The notes beneath the pieces are model-generated. The model searched no databases, was not told the DNA's origin, and saw nothing but the letters and a program-made list of their open reading frames with translations. Source: Bacteriovoracaceae bacterium (lineage in GTDB: Bacteria > Bdellovibrionota > UBA1018). From it: a stretch of 64,000 nucleotides of DNA. This document shows positions 29,296 through 39,430 of this stretch, piece by piece; position 1 is the stretch's first letter; each line of letters opens with the position of its first letter. The stretch covers positions 69,149 through 133,148 of the forward strand of contig CANFJX010000008.1 of the NCBI GenBank assembly GCA_947447665.1, read 5' to 3'. The translations under genes and the position numbers were made by a program.

Positions 29296-32200
29296 ATGGC
29301 TAAAGTGACGAAAAAACGAACTCTACGCACGTTTCCGATCGTCGGCATGGGTGCATCAGCCGGAGGGTTAGAGGCCATCTCTCAGGTTCTGGCCGAACTC
29401 CCTGCCAATCTCAAATTAGCGATCATCGTGGTCCAACACCTCGACCCCACTCACAAGAGTCTCCTGGTCAAGATCCTCTCCAAAATCTCTAAACTCCCGG
29501 TTTTGGAAGTCAAAGATGGCATCCCTTTAGAAGCTGGAAAAGTTTACGTCGCCCCCCCTCATACTCAGGTGAGGCTGAACCATGGAGTTTTGAACCTTTT
29601 AGCGTCAGAGCTGAAGCAGAAACCCTCATCGACCATCGATTACTTTTTTCAATCCTTAGCCAGAGATCATAAATCTAAAAGTGTCGGGATTATACTCTCA
29701 GGAAACGGATCAGATGGCACTCTCGGACTCAAGGAGATTCGAACCCATCGAGGACTCACCCTCGCTCAGGATCCCACCACTGCCCAGCACCAAGAAATGT
29801 CCCAAAGCGCCATTGAAGCTGGCATGGCAGATCTTATTTTGAGCCCGCAAAAAATCGGAAGGAAACTCGTCGAGATCGCTCAACTTCAAGGCCTGAAGCT
29901 GCCGCAAAAAATCACACCCGCCTTAAAACCCAAGACCCCCCCCCAAGAAGCGTCAGATCTCGATGCAATTTTTTCTCTTTTAAAGAGTCAATTTCAGGCT
30001 GACTTTTCTCACTACAAACAGACCACTCTGAGGCGGCGGATTGAACGCCGGATGGCGATCCAAAAAAAGGAAACCATGAAGGAGTACCTTCAATTCCTTC
30101 AATCACAGCCCCAAGAACTCAAGAAGCTCTTTGATGATTTATTGATCCGGGTAACTGAATTTTTCCGTGATCCTAGGTCTTTTGAAGCCCTGAAGCAGAA
30201 AGTCCTTTCAAAAATTGTTAAAAACAAGGCTCCGGGTACCCCCATTCGAGTCTGGATCCTGGGATGCGCTACCGGCGAAGAAGCCTACTCAGTGACAATG
30301 AGCCTGGTCGAGACATTAGAAGAATTAGGAAAAAAGGCTCCCATCCAAATCTTTGCAACCGACCTGAGTGAAGCCGCAATCCAAAAAGCGCGGGCTGGCA
30401 TCTATCCCCCAAGCATTCGTAAAAACGTCTCCGAAGAACGCCTCAGCCGTTTTTTCACACTCCACGAACAGAGCTATAAAGTTAAAAAGGAAATCCGAGA
30501 GATTTGCCTTTTTTCGCGGCATGACGTGACGCTGGATCCCCCTTTTGTGAGACTTGACTTGATCTGTTGCCGAAATCTTCTCATCTATTTTGATTCTGAT
30601 CTCCAAAAGCGAATTCTCCCACTCCTCCTCTACGCCTTAAATCCGAAGGGATTTCTCTGGCTCGGTCGCTCCGAGTCCGTGGGTCGGCTCGCCCCCTTGT
30701 TTCGAGTAGCAGACAAGACTCATCGTTTTTACTTCAGAGATAAAGATCAAGTCGTTCCTCGCTTAGAATTCCCCACTCGGACACTTTGGGCGGGAAAACA
30801 TGAACTCAGCACGAGCCGTCCGGCGGGCTCATCCTGGGATGAATCCCGAATCCAGCAGAATGTGGAAGAACTTCTTCTGACCGAATATGCCCCTCCTGGG
30901 GTCGTCATTAACAGTCGAAATGAAATAATTATGGCAAGGGGGAACACCTCCCCTTACTTGCAGCTCCCCTCGGGCACTGCGAGCTTGAATTTATTTAAAA
31001 TGGCGAGGCTTGAGCTCATATCAGAACTCCGCATGGCTATTCAGGCGGCAAAAAAGAAAGGCTCGCCGATCAGAAAAAAGGGAATCGCCCTGGTCGACGG
31101 CGAACGGAAGAAATTCGTCACCCTCTCGATTTTTCCTTTCGCTCAAAAGGAGAAACCTCAAAAACAAGAATTCCTGGTCCTGTTTGAAAAAATTGGAACC
31201 GCCGAAACTCTCATCACAAAAAAAGAAGGGAAATTCAAACTCAGCAGTGCTTTAACCCTTTTTAAAAATAGCCGAATTCGGGAGCTCGAAGAGGAGCTCG
31301 CCGAAGCAAAAACTTATCAACAAACGGTGAGTGACGACTTCGAAGCCAACCAAGAGGAAATCACCTCCACCAACGAGGAACTCCAAAGTGCCAACGAGGA
31401 GCTCCAATCCACGATCGAAGAGTTGGAAACCGCCAAAGAGGAGCTTCAATCGACCAACGAAGAGGTCTCCTCGATCAACGAGGAGCTGCGGAACCGAAAC
31501 TCCGAACTACTTGAACTCAGTAATGACCTGGCCAACCTATTCGGAAACGTAGATCTACCCATAGTGATGGTCGGTCCAGATGGACGCGTCCGTCGGTTCA
31601 CTCCGAGGGCAAGCCAGTATTTTAACCTCATCCCGACTGACATTGGCCGACCCATTGGCGATGTCAAACCTAACTTTCAGGGCCCTGAACTTAGCCAACT
31701 CGTGACACAAGTCACCGAAGCCTTAACCCCCCAAGAACATGAGATCAGAAATAGTGAAGGCCGTTGGTTCAGGCTTCAAGTACGACCCTACAAAACCGCG
31801 GACCATCGAATCGAAGGTGCTGTCATCTCTCTCATCGACATCACCGCCCTTAAGCAAACTCTGATTGAGAGCCAAACCGCCCTCAGGTACGCCGCATCCG
31901 TCGCGGACACATTCCCGCTACCCCTAGTCGTTCTGGATGAGTCGCTTCGAATTCTCTCAGTCAATCAAGAGTTTTCCCGAGCCTTTGATTTCGATCCAAA
32001 TCAGGAACTCGGATCAGATTTTCTCACGACCATTGGTGATGGGGCTCAGCGCATCCCGGATCTGATCGATCGACTTAAAGAAGTACTTGCAGCCGACAAA
32101 CCACTCTCGCACTTCGAGGTGACCTATGACTTTTTCAAGCAAGGCCGCCGGGTCATCCTCTTTAGTGCCCAGCAGATTCGTTGGCAAGACCCGCTCCCTA

Positions 32201-33861
32201 AGGCCATCCTCGTTTCAATGGAAGACATTTCCAATCGCCGCAATCTAGAAAAAGACCTCCTCAGCTCCCAAGAGCGTTTTCGCCTCCTCATCGAGTCAGC
32301 CCAAGACGCTATTTTGATTATTGACTCGAACGGCAAAATTGAATTCGCCAATGCCCAGGCCAATCACTGGTTTGGGTATTCCGCAGGAGAGTTGATTCAT
32401 CTAGATGTTGAGACGCTCGTCCCTGATCGGTTTCGAAGCCAACATATTTCTTATCGAGAGACGTACCTCAAGAGTCCTGAGCCACGAACGATGACCAGCC
32501 GCACCGAACTCTGGGGTAGAAGAAAAGATGGAAGTGAATTTCCCGTAGAAATTTCTTTGAGCCCCATCTACTTTAATCACGAAGTTCGTATTGCTGCGAT
32601 CGTCCGAGACGTCACTGAAGCACGTCGGCTTTTGGACGAGAAAAAAGCGCTGTTCGAACAAGAAAAAATGGCCCATGCCGATGCTGAGCACGCAAGAGCC
32701 GAAGCCGTCCGAGCCAACGAAGCTAAGGACGTATTTCTCGCGATACTCTCTCATGAGCTCCGCACTCCCCTCACATCCATCTTAGTCTGGGCTCAGCTCC
32801 TGAAGCGGGGGCCAATCGATGTCGAAAAGATAAAAAGAGGGTTGGACACCATTGAGCAAAGTGCTCAGGCGCAGGGCCAACTCATCAACGACCTTTTGGA
32901 TATGTCTCGAATCCAATCTGGAAAACTCTCCCTCACTCTGAACACGATCGATCCTGCTCAAATCGTACGCGCTGCGATCGAATCCGCCCGTCCGCTGGCT
33001 GCTGCCAAAAAAATCAACATCGAAATGATCGACCAACTCCCGTCGGGTAAACTCCACGGAGACAGCGGCAGAATTCAACAGATCCTCTGGAATCTTCTCA
33101 ACAACGCGATTAAGTTCTCTCCTGAGTCGAGCCGAATCGAGGTCCTCATTTCTCAGACCAAGGAGCAAGCACGGAACTACGTCATGCTGCAGGTCATCGA
33201 CCACGGACGGGGAATTGATCCGAAATTTTTACCTTATTTATTCACCCGATTTTCACAGCAAGACAGCACATTGACGCGACTTCACGGTGGATTAGGAATT
33301 GGATTAGCTTTAGTGCAAGATCTAGCCAAAGCACACGGGGGCTACGTGGAGGCCGCAAGCAACGGTCCAGAGCAAGGAGCCCAGTTTACTGTGTATTTGC
33401 CTTTACTCCGCGAACGCCCTGAAATTCCTCATCAGAAAAATGAGCTCATTCAGGAAGATGAAATGCCGGCACCTGACTTGTCAGGCCTCAGGATTATCAT
33501 CGTCGATGACGAGCCCAGCTCTCTCGAGGCTTTCGTAGAAGTAATCCAATCTTTTGGGGGAGTCCCGATCCCCTGCTCTTCAGCAAAGGAAGCATGGAAG
33601 GCTTTGCAAAATAACCAACCTCACATCCTTGTGAGTGATATTGCCATGCCGACTGAAGACGGCTACAGCTTAATCCAAAGAGTCCGGTCCCTCTCCCCCT
33701 CCCAGGGAGGAAAGATCCCAGCGATCGCTCTGACCGCTTTTGCAGCCAATCATGATATTGAACGGGTATTAGAGGCCGGTTATCAAACCCATCTGGCTAA
33801 ACCCGTGAGTAGCTACGACCTGTGCCGAACGATTCTTCGACTCACTCGAAAATCGGGTTAA
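29296..33861 (+). CDS. multidomain chemosensory protein: CheB methylesterase + CheR methyltransferase + coiled-coil + PAS domains + HisKA/HATPase + receiver
   Basis: 1521 aa. CheB-like N-terminus (GASAGGLEA...), CheR SAM motif (VWILGCATGEEAYS), PAS regions, H-box (LSHELRTPL), G-boxes (DHGRGI, GGLGIGL) and a C-terminal REC (IIVDDEPS...SDIAMP). Confidence 0.85.
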   Translation: MAKVTKKRTLRTFPIVGMGASAGGLEAISQVLAELPANLKLAIIVVQHLDPTHKSLLVKILSKISKLPVLEVKDGIPLEAGKVYVAPPHTQVRLNHGVLNLLASELKQKPSSTIDYFFQSLARDHKSKSVGIILSGNGSDGTLGLKEIRTHRGLTLAQDPTTAQHQEMSQSAIEAGMADLILSPQKIGRKLVEIAQLQGLKLPQKITPALKPKTPPQEASDLDAIFSLLKSQFQADFSHYKQTTLRRRIERRMAIQKKETMKEYLQFLQSQPQELKKLFDDLLIRVTEFFRDPRSFEALKQKVLSKIVKNKAPGTPIRVWILGCATGEEAYSVTMSLVETLEELGKKAPIQIFATDLSEAAIQKARAGIYPPSIRKNVSEERLSRFFTLHEQSYKVKKEIREICLFSRHDVTLDPPFVRLDLICCRNLLIYFDSDLQKRILPLLLYALNPKGFLWLGRSESVGRLAPLFRVADKTHRFYFRDKDQVVPRLEFPTRTLWAGKHELSTSRPAGSSWDESRIQQNVEELLLTEYAPPGVVINSRNEIIMARGNTSPYLQLPSGTASLNLFKMARLELISELRMAIQAAKKKGSPIRKKGIALVDGERKKFVTLSIFPFAQKEKPQKQEFLVLFEKIGTAETLITKKEGKFKLSSALTLFKNSRIRELEEELAEAKTYQQTVSDDFEANQEEITSTNEELQSANEELQSTIEELETAKEELQSTNEEVSSINEELRNRNSELLELSNDLANLFGNVDLPIVMVGPDGRVRRFTPRASQYFNLIPTDIGRPIGDVKPNFQGPELSQLVTQVTEALTPQEHEIRNSEGRWFRLQVRPYKTADHRIEGAVISLIDITALKQTLIESQTALRYAASVADTFPLPLVVLDESLRILSVNQEFSRAFDFDPNQELGSDFLTTIGDGAQRIPDLIDRLKEVLAADKPLSHFEVTYDFFKQGRRVILFSAQQIRWQDPLPKAILVSMEDISNRRNLEKDLLSSQERFRLLIESAQDAILIIDSNGKIEFANAQANHWFGYSAGELIHLDVETLVPDRFRSQHISYRETYLKSPEPRTMTSRTELWGRRKDGSEFPVEISLSPIYFNHEVRIAAIVRDVTEARRLLDEKKALFEQEKMAHADAEHARAEAVRANEAKDVFLAILSHELRTPLTSILVWAQLLKRGPIDVEKIKRGLDTIEQSAQAQGQLINDLLDMSRIQSGKLSLTLNTIDPAQIVRAAIESARPLAAAKKINIEMIDQLPSGKLHGDSGRIQQILWNLLNNAIKFSPESSRIEVLISQTKEQARNYVMLQVIDHGRGIDPKFLPYLFTRFSQQDSTLTRLHGGLGIGLALVQDLAKAHGGYVEAASNGPEQGAQFTVYLPLLRERPEIPHQKNELIQEDEMPAPDLSGLRIIIVDDEPSSLEAFVEVIQSFGGVPIPCSSAKEAWKALQNNQPHILVSDIAMPTEDGYSLIQRVRSLSPSQGGKIPAIALTAFAANHDIERVLEAGYQTHLAKPVSSYDLCRTILRLTRKSG
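31354..31506 (+). repeat. in-frame 21-nt (heptad) tandem repeats, N-E-E-L-Q-S-x units
   Basis: aacgaggaactccaaagtgcc / aacgaggagctccaatccacg and related units. They encode TNEELQSANEELQSTIEELETAKEELQSTNEEVSSINEEL. Confidence 0.5.
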
Positions 33862-34487
33862 AAACCAGAGGCACTCGCTCTCTCACTTAGATCCTTTACT
33901 TTTTTATTAATATTCGAATATGATCTATTTCAAACAATCAACATGATCAAACAACTGTAGGCCGGAGATGTTATCAGCATCTCCGACCCCCAGACCGCTC
34001 AGGCTCTTTCAGCGGTTTTCATTGCAATGGACCCTGGCCCGCTCGATTAAGCGAGCTAGGTCGCCTATTCGAGTTCGTTTCATTCTCGAACAGGCAGGCA
34101 TCGAATTCCCAATTCAACATCCGACACCAAAAACTCCCTGGACTCAGAACCTCTTGTAGAGTCACGATCTCAGCTGTATTAATCCTCCGCTTTCGCGTTG
34201 GCTCTTGCCAGCATGACCACTGGAATAGTTCGAACAGCTATCCCTCAGAGAAGAAGCGCTTTTGGCACTTTTTCCGACCCCAATGTTTTTGGGTACACCG
34301 GGAATCCTCTCATGATAAAGCAAAAAAAATATTCACCATGAGCTAAGGATGAAGAAATAATCGTTCCATCATCCCTTTTCAGGAGAGAGACCCTTTCGAA
34401 CCTCTCACCATTTATCTTAATCTATTTCAAGTTTGATACCACTCTTGAACTCCCCGAGTATGACCTCGAGAAGCCCTCGAAAACCTC

Positions 34488-35036
34488 CTAAGCAGCTTTT
34501 TCGGACTTAATTTCCTTTTTATTCAAAAGCATTTTGCCCTCTTTAATTGGAATTTGCTTGGCAGGGGCCACCTCAACCTTAGGAAGGGCGATCTGCAGCA
34601 CGCCATCTTCAAAGCGAGCCTCAGCCTGATCAAAGTTCACGTTCGCAGGCAAAGTAAAGGAGCGCATAAAGTTACCAGAGAATCGCTCTTCTGTAAGGCG
34701 ACCCTTCACTTCCTCTCTCTTCTCCTTCTTTCGCTCACCGGAGACCATCAGCACCTGATCACGACACTCAATCTTAATCTCTTCCTTCTTTACGCCCGGA
34801 AGATCAAAACTTACCATAAAATGAGTATCGGTCTCATTAACATCACAGGGAGGAACAAACTCCCCCACTAACTCAGGCCACTCACCCTTGACGCGATTCA
34901 AACTCTGAGTAGGCTCTATGAGTAGATCATCAAAGAGATGCTCCATCCTCCTTTGCAAGCGAGTAATCTCTCGAAATGGATTTACGACATTGCGCTCACC
35001 ACTCCACAAACTTGGTAATAAATTTCGGATAGCCAT
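34488..35036 (-). CDS. Hsp20/alpha-crystallin family small heat-shock protein
   Basis: Alpha-crystallin domain (FMVSFDLPGVKKEEIKIE...GVLQIALPK) with a Lys-rich C-terminal extension. Confidence 0.85.
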   Translation of the reverse strand: MAIRNLLPSLWSGERNVVNPFREITRLQRRMEHLFDDLLIEPTQSLNRVKGEWPELVGEFVPPCDVNETDTHFMVSFDLPGVKKEEIKIECRDQVLMVSGERKKEKREEVKGRLTEERFSGNFMRSFTLPANVNFDQAEARFEDGVLQIALPKVEVAPAKQIPIKEGKMLLNKKEIKSEKAA

Positions 35037-35054
35037 AGAATCTCTCCTTTTTTT

Positions 35055-35540
35055 TTATGCTACTTTTTTGGTCTGTTCGACCGAAATTGCAATATTCCGA
35101 TCGATTTTTTTTAATTCTTCCTTGGGTACCACCTTGGAAGCCTCTGGAAAAATGCGATTCTCTTCCTCTTTAATATGTTCTTCAAAGGTCTGGCTCAGTC
35201 GGACCATTTGATTTTGAAACTGACGCTCGTCTTGAGCCACTGCAATGACACTATGTAACTCCTGCCTCAGGCGCTCGTGCTCCCTCCAAAAGCCATAGAC
35301 TTCACGTTTAAGCGGCTCGAAGTTTTCAAGGACCGGGTAGACGTGCCGCTCTTCGACCAAAGTATGGGCGTTAATTTCCGTCAGAATACGCTTCAGCAGC
35401 TCGGTGCGCTCCTGTATTGGAATTTTTTTTTGTACAGCCTGCAGTAAATTCCTAATATTTTTATGCTGATCGATTAAAATCGAAAAATGTTCCATAAATT
35501 TCCCTTCATTTGATTTCATTTCAACTGAAAAACGATTCAA
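35055..35540 (-). CDS. hemerythrin-like (HHE cation-binding) domain protein
   Basis: Spaced His/Glu pairs (DQHKNIRNLL, HTLVEERHVYP, EHIKEEE) as in hemerythrin-like domains. Co-directional with and 18 nt upstream of the Hsp20 gene. Confidence 0.6.
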   Translation of the reverse strand: MNRFSVEMKSNEGKFMEHFSILIDQHKNIRNLLQAVQKKIPIQERTELLKRILTEINAHTLVEERHVYPVLENFEPLKREVYGFWREHERLRQELHSVIAVAQDERQFQNQMVRLSQTFEEHIKEEENRIFPEASKVVPKEELKKIDRNIAISVEQTKKVA

Positions 35541-35569
35541 AGATCACTCCCTGCAACGCACATGCAAAC

Positions 35570-36292
35570 CTAAAACTTAAGATAGGTCGTAAACCACTTC
35601 CGAGCATGCTCAGAAACTGCATCCAATGCACCTGGCTGTTCAAAAAGATGAGTCGCGCCTGGAATAATTACCAGACTTGCTTGCTTCAATTTTTTCAGTG
35701 CTTTTTGATTCATTGCAATCACGATATCGTCATTTCCACCCACAATGAGGAGAGTGGGAGCAGTCACCTCGCTCAGGCGCGGAAGCGCCAAATCAGGCCT
35801 CCCGCCACGAGATACGACTGCTTGAATCATCGAACCTAATTCTGCCGCAGCCCACAGAGCTGCAGCGCCCCCCGTACTCGCTCCAAAGTACCCAACGGGT
35901 AAGTCTTTGGAAATCTCTTGGGATTTGACCCATCGAGTAGCTGCAACCAGACGGTCCGCCAAGAGCTCTATGTCAAAAACGTTCTCGCGATCTTGAGCCT
36001 CATCCCAGGTTAAGAGATCAAAGAGAAGCGTCCCTAAACGTCCCTCATTCAGATACTCAGAAACACGAACATTTCTGGGGCTCAGCCGACTGCTCCCACT
36101 CCCATGGGCAAAAACCACCATGCCTCTGCATTGAGAGGGAACGACAAGAGTACCGGGAAGCACCACAGAACGATCGACAATTTCAATATCTTTGGTAAAA
36201 AACTCTCCTGGCTCAACCTTCACTTTCTGATCCAAATCGACTGGTTTTTTTCGCTGTGATCGCAAACTCATAATTACCTCATCTAATTGCAA
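35570..36292 (-). CDS. dienelactone hydrolase-family alpha/beta hydrolase
   Basis: MVVFAHGSGSSRLSPRN..., nucleophile elbow GASTGGAAAL and a C-terminal His region. 240 aa. Confidence 0.7.
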   Translation of the reverse strand: MQLDEVIMSLRSQRKKPVDLDQKVKVEPGEFFTKDIEIVDRSVVLPGTLVVPSQCRGMVVFAHGSGSSRLSPRNVRVSEYLNEGRLGTLLFDLLTWDEAQDRENVFDIELLADRLVAATRWVKSQEISKDLPVGYFGASTGGAAALWAAAELGSMIQAVVSRGGRPDLALPRLSEVTAPTLLIVGGNDDIVIAMNQKALKKLKQASLVIIPGATHLFEQPGALDAVSEHARKWFTTYLKF

Positions 36293-36425
36293 TAATTAAA
36301 CTAGCCATATTCACGGTGCATCATTGGGGCCAATCGAGGGCCAAGTCAGGGTCAAATAAAAGATCAAGCAATTAGGACTAATTCATTTTGAATTTTTTGG
36401 CGAAAACCTTGCTTTAGCTATCACT

Positions 36426-37070
36426 ATGAAAACCTTTACCCCTCGACGCAAATACAAGCACCCCTTTAAGGAAACCGCTCGGCAAGACCCCTACCGGTCC
36501 ACCAGTAAACCCAAGAACCATCCGCAATGTCCCGCTTGTCATGCGGTGAATGTTCGTGGGCGCTGGCTATCTCAACAGCAAGTCGCTCGCCTGGCTCCTG
36601 CAAACAAGCCGTCCGAGGAACCTAAAAATGAGTTAAAATGTCCCGCTTGCCATCAAAAAGAAGACGAATTCGCTCTCGGAGTAGTTGAGTTAAGAGGAGA
36701 AGCGTGGAAACAAACTCAAGAGGAGGTATTAAACACCCTCAGAAACACTGAGACTATTGCTCGTAGCCGAAATGACCAAGAGCGAATTCTCTGGATCAAG
36801 GAGCTCAAAACCATGACTAAGATCTATGTCGCGCTCCCAGAACTGGCTAGACGAATTGGCCGAGAGCTAGAGAATAGTTTTCAAGGGTTCGTTGAATACT
36901 CACATTCACCTGAGGAACCCTACCTGAGAGTTCGATGGTGGTCTCAACTCCCGCACATGAAACATCGCCCAGGACACGCCCTTAACCCATCTCTTGAGGA
37001 AAAAAACTTAATCAAGGAACGAGGTCGGCCCCATAAATCTAAGTCTTTTCGATCGCGGAGCGGTGGTTAG
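36426..37070 (+). CDS. hypothetical basic protein with two CPACH zinc-ribbon-like motifs
   Basis: CPACHAVNVRGRW and CPACHQKEDE 45 aa apart. Lys/Arg-rich ends. Confidence 0.4.
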   Translation: MKTFTPRRKYKHPFKETARQDPYRSTSKPKNHPQCPACHAVNVRGRWLSQQQVARLAPANKPSEEPKNELKCPACHQKEDEFALGVVELRGEAWKQTQEEVLNTLRNTETIARSRNDQERILWIKELKTMTKIYVALPELARRIGRELENSFQGFVEYSHSPEEPYLRVRWWSQLPHMKHRPGHALNPSLEEKNLIKERGRPHKSKSFRSRSGG

Positions 37071-37131
37071 TCACATTATAATCAGGAAAAATTCGCTTTT
37101 TTATATTTTGTGTGTTAATTAAACGCCCATC

Positions 37132-37848
37132 ATGAAAAAAGTAAACTCAGTTACCCTGAAATTCAGTTTAATTTGTATTCAATTAGCGTTATTCGGTCTC
37201 CTACCGTCAGCCCATTCGGGAGTGGTGGTTGAGCTGCAAGGTAAACGGATTGAATTTACACGTGATGCTTCCCTATCTCTGCAGATTAACGCCGAGGACG
37301 ACATCCGCATCAGCTTAGACCTGCTGCGAGGAATGGTCAGCGAATCATCTCGCTGGACACTCGACACACGCGAAGAAAAACTCAATCAAGCCCTGGACCG
37401 CATGGAATGCTACATCGCCGCCAAGGATTTGGGAACCGAGGAGTTCAAACCCGAAATTAGTATTGGTGCCTCCTGCAAGGAAGCCTCCTACGCTGACTTG
37501 GACTTTAAGGGTGATTTTATTTTAGTAGTTAAAGTACTGAGCGACGACTTCTCTTTCGCCAAGCGCCGTAAACAAAAAATACCTCTAGTCGCCGAAACAT
37601 TCGTAGGCCTTTTCCGCAGTCAGTTTGCTTATACGCCTGAGGGATCGCCTCGTAGTGAATCGCCTGGTTTGTTTAGACTCGCAGAACGAATCCAAACATA
37701 CGGAGGGGACTCACCTCATGAGCTTCACCCGAGCCTCATCTCTCGTGCATCGCGAGGCGTTTGTCCATCACCTCGATCACGTGTGAGCTCAAGCTCTCCT
37801 TTTTGTCCAATTTTGTCTGAACCATTACTGCGCACGCCTAGTGAATAA
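37132..37848 (+). CDS. hypothetical secreted protein with a Ser/Pro-rich C-terminus
   Basis: Signal peptide MKKVNSVTLKFSLICIQLALFGLLPSAHS. No recognisable domain. Confidence 0.4.
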   Translation: MKKVNSVTLKFSLICIQLALFGLLPSAHSGVVVELQGKRIEFTRDASLSLQINAEDDIRISLDLLRGMVSESSRWTLDTREEKLNQALDRMECYIAAKDLGTEEFKPEISIGASCKEASYADLDFKGDFILVVKVLSDDFSFAKRRKQKIPLVAETFVGLFRSQFAYTPEGSPRSESPGLFRLAERIQTYGGDSPHELHPSLISRASRGVCPSPRSRVSSSSPFCPILSEPLLRTPSE

Positions 37849-38098
37849 GCCTCAGCAATAATTAGAGGTTAGTCACCTGTCAAAAAGTTCAGCACTTTAT
37901 CTCATCGTCTTCCGCTCTGATTCTGATCTAATTATTTACACTTTACAGATATAATTCAATAGTTTTAGGTACTTAAAATTTATAATTAGTGTAAATAAAA
38001 AACGGCACACAAGTTGCTCTAGTGCCCTCGTGCTTGTGGAAAAACTCCGAGAGTTGTCACATAAAAAAGAACAGACAAGCAGAAAGAGAGAAGCGTAT

Positions 38099-38800
38099 AT
38101 GAAGAAGTTGAATTTTATATCGGCGAGTTTGGTTATTTTCGCATCCCTAGCAACGGCGTGCGGTCCAGCGAATCCAATAGGCATCCCTGGCATCGGGATA
38201 GGATCGATCAACGGTAACTGGAACTATCAGGGCGCTGGCGGGGGCAATACGTTTTACGGGATCGTGCAGGCTGCCAACATGAATGGAGCAAATCCGAATA
38301 ATCCGGCTTTGACTCTGCTTCAGCAAATATCCTATGGCGGTAACTCAACTAGCATTAATCGTTTAAATATCGGAGGCGGAGGCGGTCAACTCATCATGAC
38401 CTACAACACTAACTGCACCGTAATGCTCCCTCTCAGCCTAACCTATTCAGGGGCCCAAGTTACCCTATCTTACTCAGGTGGACCCATCTCCTCCACTCCA
38501 ACGGTAGCCACTGTGGCGGGTCCTACCAATTGCGCTCTCCAGCAATCAGGATCATGGACGTCTTACTCCTCATCCACGACTGCAACCGGAACGAGTTATA
38601 CCTATTTTGCGCAGCCAGCCCCTTTCGGGACTTACAGCTACACGGTGAGTGGAAATTTCATGTCCTTAATGGTGGGCTCTTCTTATGGCCAAGGGTATGG
38701 TCAAGGGTACGGGCAAGGATATGGGCAAGGCTACGGACAAGGCTACTACGGGCAAGGCTACGGGCAGGGCTCTGGACAATCGTTGTCCTTCACTAAGTAG
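38099..38800 (+). CDS. lipoprotein with a C-terminal (YGQG)n Gly/Tyr/Gln low-complexity repeat
   Basis: Lipobox LATAC after the MKKLNFISASLVIFAS signal. C-terminus SSYGQGYGQGYGQGYGQGYGQGYYGQGYGQGSGQ. Confidence 0.5.
   Translation: MKKLNFISASLVIFASLATACGPANPIGIPGIGIGSINGNWNYQGAGGGNTFYGIVQAANMNGANPNNPALTLLQQISYGGNSTSINRLNIGGGGGQLIMTYNTNCTVMLPLSLTYSGAQVTLSYSGGPISSTPTVATVAGPTNCALQQSGSWTSYSSSTTATGTSYTYFAQPAPFGTYSYTVSGNFMSLMVGSSYGQGYGQGYGQGYGQGYGQGYYGQGYGQGSGQSLSFTK
38684..38770 (+). repeat. tandem 12-nt repeats (tatggncaaggn) encoding YGQG units
   Basis: Seven consecutive ggctacgggcaa-like units seen directly. Confidence 0.7.
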
Positions 38801-38854
38801 GCACTCAGGAGGCGCCTCGCGCTCGAGCAGACTGCCGTTTACTTCTTTGGCCCT

Positions 38855-39430
38855 TTACTTCTTAGATGGATGCTCTCCGACAACGCCTTTCGCCTTCTCA
38901 GCTGAGACGAACGAAAGGCCCATCCACTGTGCGGTCAAATCACTTGCCACTCTCGGCCAGCCCGATTGACCTCGGCATGCCTGCTTCGAAATCAGGGCCC
39001 CGTCTGTTCGTATCAGCCGAATCTTAACTGGCGACGAGCACTGAGGGCTCCCTTTCAATTCGTGATTCACGACCGAATGGATGCGATCTAACTGCTCCCG
39101 AGCCTGCTCAATTGAAATCAGCGGATGAAACTCGGAAAGTTTAAACCCTGCATGCGAAACAGTAATTTCCCCACTCCTGCCACCCTGAGCCGACAAATGC
39201 GCCATAAGACTTTGCGGACCCGCCCATTTTTCAGCCGGTCCGGGGTACTCAATGATTGCCTCGGTGAACGGTGGATTGCCGTCCTCATTTAATCGACCAT
39301 CCAGGACATTGCCGCCCTTTGATGAACCAAAGCAGCCGCTCAACCCCACCGATATGGAGAGAGCCGTCAGAGCTCCAAATACCCAATTGCCTGCGATCGA
39401 AACTAGATCACGCCTAGTTGAAAAAATCAT
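38855..39430 (-). CDS. hypothetical lipoprotein
   Basis: Signal plus lipobox (ALSISVGLSGC). 191 aa, no domain recognised. Confidence 0.4.
   Translation of the reverse strand: MIFSTRRDLVSIAGNWVFGALTALSISVGLSGCFGSSKGGNVLDGRLNEDGNPPFTEAIIEYPGPAEKWAGPQSLMAHLSAQGGRSGEITVSHAGFKLSEFHPLISIEQAREQLDRIHSVVNHELKGSPQCSSPVKIRLIRTDGALISKQACRGQSGWPRVASDLTAQWMGLSFVSAEKAKGVVGEHPSKK

Noticed and set aside
38530-38796. 88-aa Arg/Leu-rich ORF overlapping the (YGQG)n lipoprotein in another frame
   Set aside because: Frame-shifted reading of the same 12-nt repeat. The lipoprotein frame has a signal peptide and lipobox.
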